Positions 60,601 to 64,000 of a stretch of 64,000 nt of DNA are shown in pieces. The notes under the pieces are model-generated. The model saw nothing but the letters and a program-made list of their open reading frames with translations, was not told where the DNA came from and ran no database searches. Numbering within the stretch: position 1 is the stretch's first letter; each line of letters opens with the position of its first letter. Source of the stretch: Monocercomonoides exilis PA203 (taxonomy: Eukaryota; Protista; Preaxostyla). The stretch lies in NCBI GenBank assembly GCA_001643675.2, contig LSRY02000002.1, positions 1,798,001 to 1,862,000 on the forward strand, read 5' to 3'. Both the position numbers and the translations under genes were made by a program.

Positions 60601-61821
60601 TAAACATCAAAATAAACTTGACCCAATTACAAATTCTGCACCGAAAGTCTTACGAAAATCACGTGTTGGTGGGTTTGTCACTTTAATTTACCTTGGCTTT
60701 GCATTGGGTGCAGGGCTAGCTGTCATTTTGGAATATGCTTTGAATCGTGTGACAGAAACCAAGTCTGTGATTTCTTCTGCAATGGAGCCAAGTCTTCGTC
60801 TTCAAAACATTTCTGTTGATGTATTTAAAGCAACCATCACATTATCTGATTATCACGGCGGATGCGTTGCAGGAGTTTCAGATTCTACTGCAAATACTGA
60901 CTGGGGAGAATGCTCTCCAGAGTTTATTGTTAGACAGACTAACTTAGAATCAATAGGTTTGATTTGATTTGAAAATAAATGATTAAAGAAAAAAAATTTA
61001 TTTTAAATTTGTTCTATTTTCCAATCTGTTATGAATAATTTCTTTCTCTCTCTATTTTTATAGATCCAAAAACTCGCAAAGTTCTTGCGTTTAAGAAGGC
61101 ATGCAAGCAAACTCAATCATCCAACATGTTTCTGAACGAAGTGTCGAAGTGTGATATACAAATCACAGGCGACAACACAGTTTTGTACTTTGAAACAGAT
61201 GGATCGAAACCAGTTGTGGAGATAATGGCAACATCTGATGATGCGCATGCATATGGTTTGTATGCAGAAGTTGCTGTTGATACAGGCATTCAGCACAAAG
61301 ATGTTGAAGATCGTCTTTCTTCTCGAAAGCTGTTGGTGACATCTCCATCAAACGAGCCATTTAAAGGATCTGAGCCAACGATATTCCAGTACACCATCAT
61401 GCCATCTCTTTTCACAAATACAAATGGTAGCCAAAAGACAGGGTATCAGATTGTCAAATCTTCCACACAAATTGGATCCACTGCGAGTGAAGATGAGATG
61501 CACGTGCAATTTGGTCTTCATGCCAAAGTGATATTGGAACAGGACTTAAACGTTTTGATGACGAATTGGGTGGAAAGACAGAAATTCCCTGCTTTCTTTG
61601 CCAACTTGATGTCTACAATGATGGGTTTCATGGGCATTTTTGGATCTGTCGTTCTTGCACTAGAAATAGTTACAAAGATGAAACTTCCTTGTGCCCAGAA
61701 GCTTCACGAATGCATGTTTGGCAAGCTTTTGGACGATAATGAACAACGACCACAAAAAAGAATTGAAATGTATTCACAAGCACAAACAAGATCAGATTCG
61801 TCCGTCGATTTAATGACTTAA
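57668..61821 (+). CDS. Kelch-repeat, Cys-rich (ephrin-receptor-like/TNFR-like) multi-pass membrane protein, about 1350 aa; intron 60957-61063
   Basis: N-terminal hydrophobic signal, more than 10 kelch repeats (YLFGG..NDVW) and CVACSHGTYS..CVQCDPGKYCP. Three hydrophobic segments lie near 60491, 60664 and 61590. The phase-1 intron joins the two ORFs in frame. Confidence 0.85.
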
Positions 61822-62922
61822 TTTATGTAAAAAATATGTAAAGTGGAAAACTCGAAAATTTCAAAGATCTACGAGCATTTCTACTTTCATGAATATTTAC
61901 CTTTAATTTTGTTTAAAGCAATGATCTTATTTTTATTAATTTTTTGTCTATGTTTTTCATTTTTAAAAGTTCACCAATTAATTCTGTGTGTGAACGTTAT
62001 CCCGTAAATGATTCTGTGGTAAATAAAATTTCACTTAATTTTATATTTATTATTCATTTTCAACAAATCATAACATTTCATATTTCAATCCAGTTTTTAT
62101 TTTTAATTGTAAAGTTTTGTCGGAATAAAGGAAAATTGCTCAATATCACTTGTTTAACATTGTACTGAAAGAAGTTAAATGATTGAATACAATGGTCATG
62201 CTTTTGACATTCAAAGTTGCTTGTAATTGTGATTTAAGAAAACGAAGAAAAAATGTAACCTTTCGTCAATGACAGATTGCCACATCACGTGTTTCAACAA
62301 TATTATTAACAATAATTTTAACACTTTAAAATCACTTCTTGACTGTTCACTTGCTTTTTAAAAATTATTATTTGTTTCAAGCAAGAGATTATTACTTCAA
62401 CGACTTCTGAAGGGAAAACAACTTCAAATATTCAGGAATAAAACACATATCATTTTTGCAAATGCCTTCAACCAATCATTGAAACTTTTCGAGTTTAATT
62501 TTGAATCACAAATTCAATTCTTTACCTTTGTGTTCAAATAATTAAAATTTCAATTGACAATTTTCTGAAAATAATAACAATAACAACAATAATTTCTATT
62601 TGGCAAATGCTTGTGTTGAATATTAAAAATTTCAAAATCAAAAATTTCCAATTGCAAAACATAGAAAATGGTTATAAAAACTAACGCACTTGAGTTCTTC
62701 AAATTTTTTGAATGAGGCAAAAAATTGAAAAAGCGTAAAAAAGATAAATATCGCAACCAAGAAACCAAACGTAATGTGATATAATTTAGAAAAAAGGTAA
62801 CTTGTGATATCCCTACCCAAATATTAATAAATGAATGCAATAACTCATTGATGCGATATAATAATTCTCAAAAATCATATTTGAAGGCTTGACCTTGCAT
62901 TAATCTTAAAATACTCTCAAAA

Positions 62923-63330
62923 TCAGTGCCTCATTTGTCGTATTTCCCCCAATAAAATCTCCGGGAACATATCACAATTTTTGCGGCAACATTCCGCGCA
63001 AAATCGCTTTGAGAAAAACAAACTACATTTGGAATCAGCACAAACAGCACGAAAGCATGATGCACATTTCCCCCCAACGCATATAGAATGCGAGCATGTT
63101 GTAAAAGGATCGATAATCATATAAGCATCTTCTAAAAAAGCCATCTTGCACAACAATATGAAAATAAATGTTTTTGTATTTCAAGTTATTCCATTAAAAG
63201 ACACAATATTAAATACCGTAGAAGTATGACATTTTGGTCCGTATGAATCGTAAGGAAAATTTAATTTGCATATGCAACAACTAAATATCTTTCGCCTCTC
63301 CAGTTTGATGTTTGGTGCCTTTTCCGACAT
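62923..63330 (-). CDS. CDPF1: Cysteine-rich DPF motif protein (111 aa); exons 63330-63217 and 63144-62923
   Basis: FSCCICKLNFPYDSYG...LEDAYMIIDPF...GGKCASCFRAVCADSKCSLFFSKRFCAEC; phase-0 GT-AG intron. Confidence 0.85.
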
Positions 63331-64000
63331 CAACAAAATTTTAAATATTCTATTCTTCAAATTTAATATGAACAAACTTTAACATCTGGCTCCATGCTTA
63401 CGAGTATTAACGTTAAGATTCAGACAATTCACTCTCAAAAAATTGATTCATGGATCGTTACCAAAACAAAAATATTTCGAATAAACATTTAAGAAAATTG
63501 TTAGTAACAAGTATTTTTTCGTTTATCTTTTTCTTATGAATTAACTCAAAATATAAATTGCAGTCCCTATTCATAAAAAAAAAAAAAGAAAAGAAAAAAC
63601 AGTAAAATAAGAAGTGAATCTCATTTTTGAAAATTGTTAAACTCACATTTGACTATCTTCACTTTCAACTCAAGAAATAAAATAAATACAGTGAACTTCA
63701 ATTTGACGTATCAGACAAAATTGGTTGATTAAGTTAATTATGTATGATATGTGATCATTATCGGTTTATATCAAAATTTACAGAGCTTATGATTGTAAGA
63801 AAAATATTATTTTCATTTCTAATTGCTATTGTTGGAGGATATCAATTGTGGAAGTCCATAAATCATTATATTCATCCAGCAAACATCGAGCTTTTATACC
63901 ATCCAAAGTTTCTATTTTTATTGAGTTAATTATCATTATATATTCTTTAAAAGTACAAAACAACAACATGATATTTACGGCGCATTTGCTCAATATTATT

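Noticed and set aside
62150-62900. Possible small multi-exon gene on the - strand
   Set aside because: Splice-like signals exist, but I could not build a consistent frame or recognise a product.
63744-64000. Short + strand ORF at the right edge
   Set aside because: Possibly a first exon, but too little sequence and no motif to support a call.

Overview
Eukaryotic protist genomic DNA in the standard genetic code. It has short AT-rich spliceosomal introns and conserved proteins inflated by huge Ser/Pro/Glu-rich insertions, a style typical of the oxymonad Monocercomonoides (taxon is inference). Genes recognised by motif: a giant Trf4/PAPD5-like non-canonical poly(A) polymerase (>3600 aa, running off the left edge), NCKAP1/Nap1, a coiled-coil protein, tRNA-Pro(CGG), tRNA-Trp(CCA), UAP1, a CCP5/AGBL5-like cytosolic carboxypeptidase, TFIIH p62, a RecQ helicase, USO1/p115, a kelch/Cys-rich multi-pass membrane protein and CDPF1. 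There are two AT-rich transposon islands. The first (18.4-27.6 kb) lies between two outward-facing tRNA genes and holds a family of ATAT-flanked TIR elements joined end to end. One TIR pair encloses about 5.4 kb of decayed host-gene fragments (Pack-type candidate). The second (53-57.4 kb) holds a Merlin-like MITE with an 8-bp TSD, a dead DD34D mariner carrying nested insertions, and foldback elements. All assignments were made by eye from recalled motifs; no searches were run.
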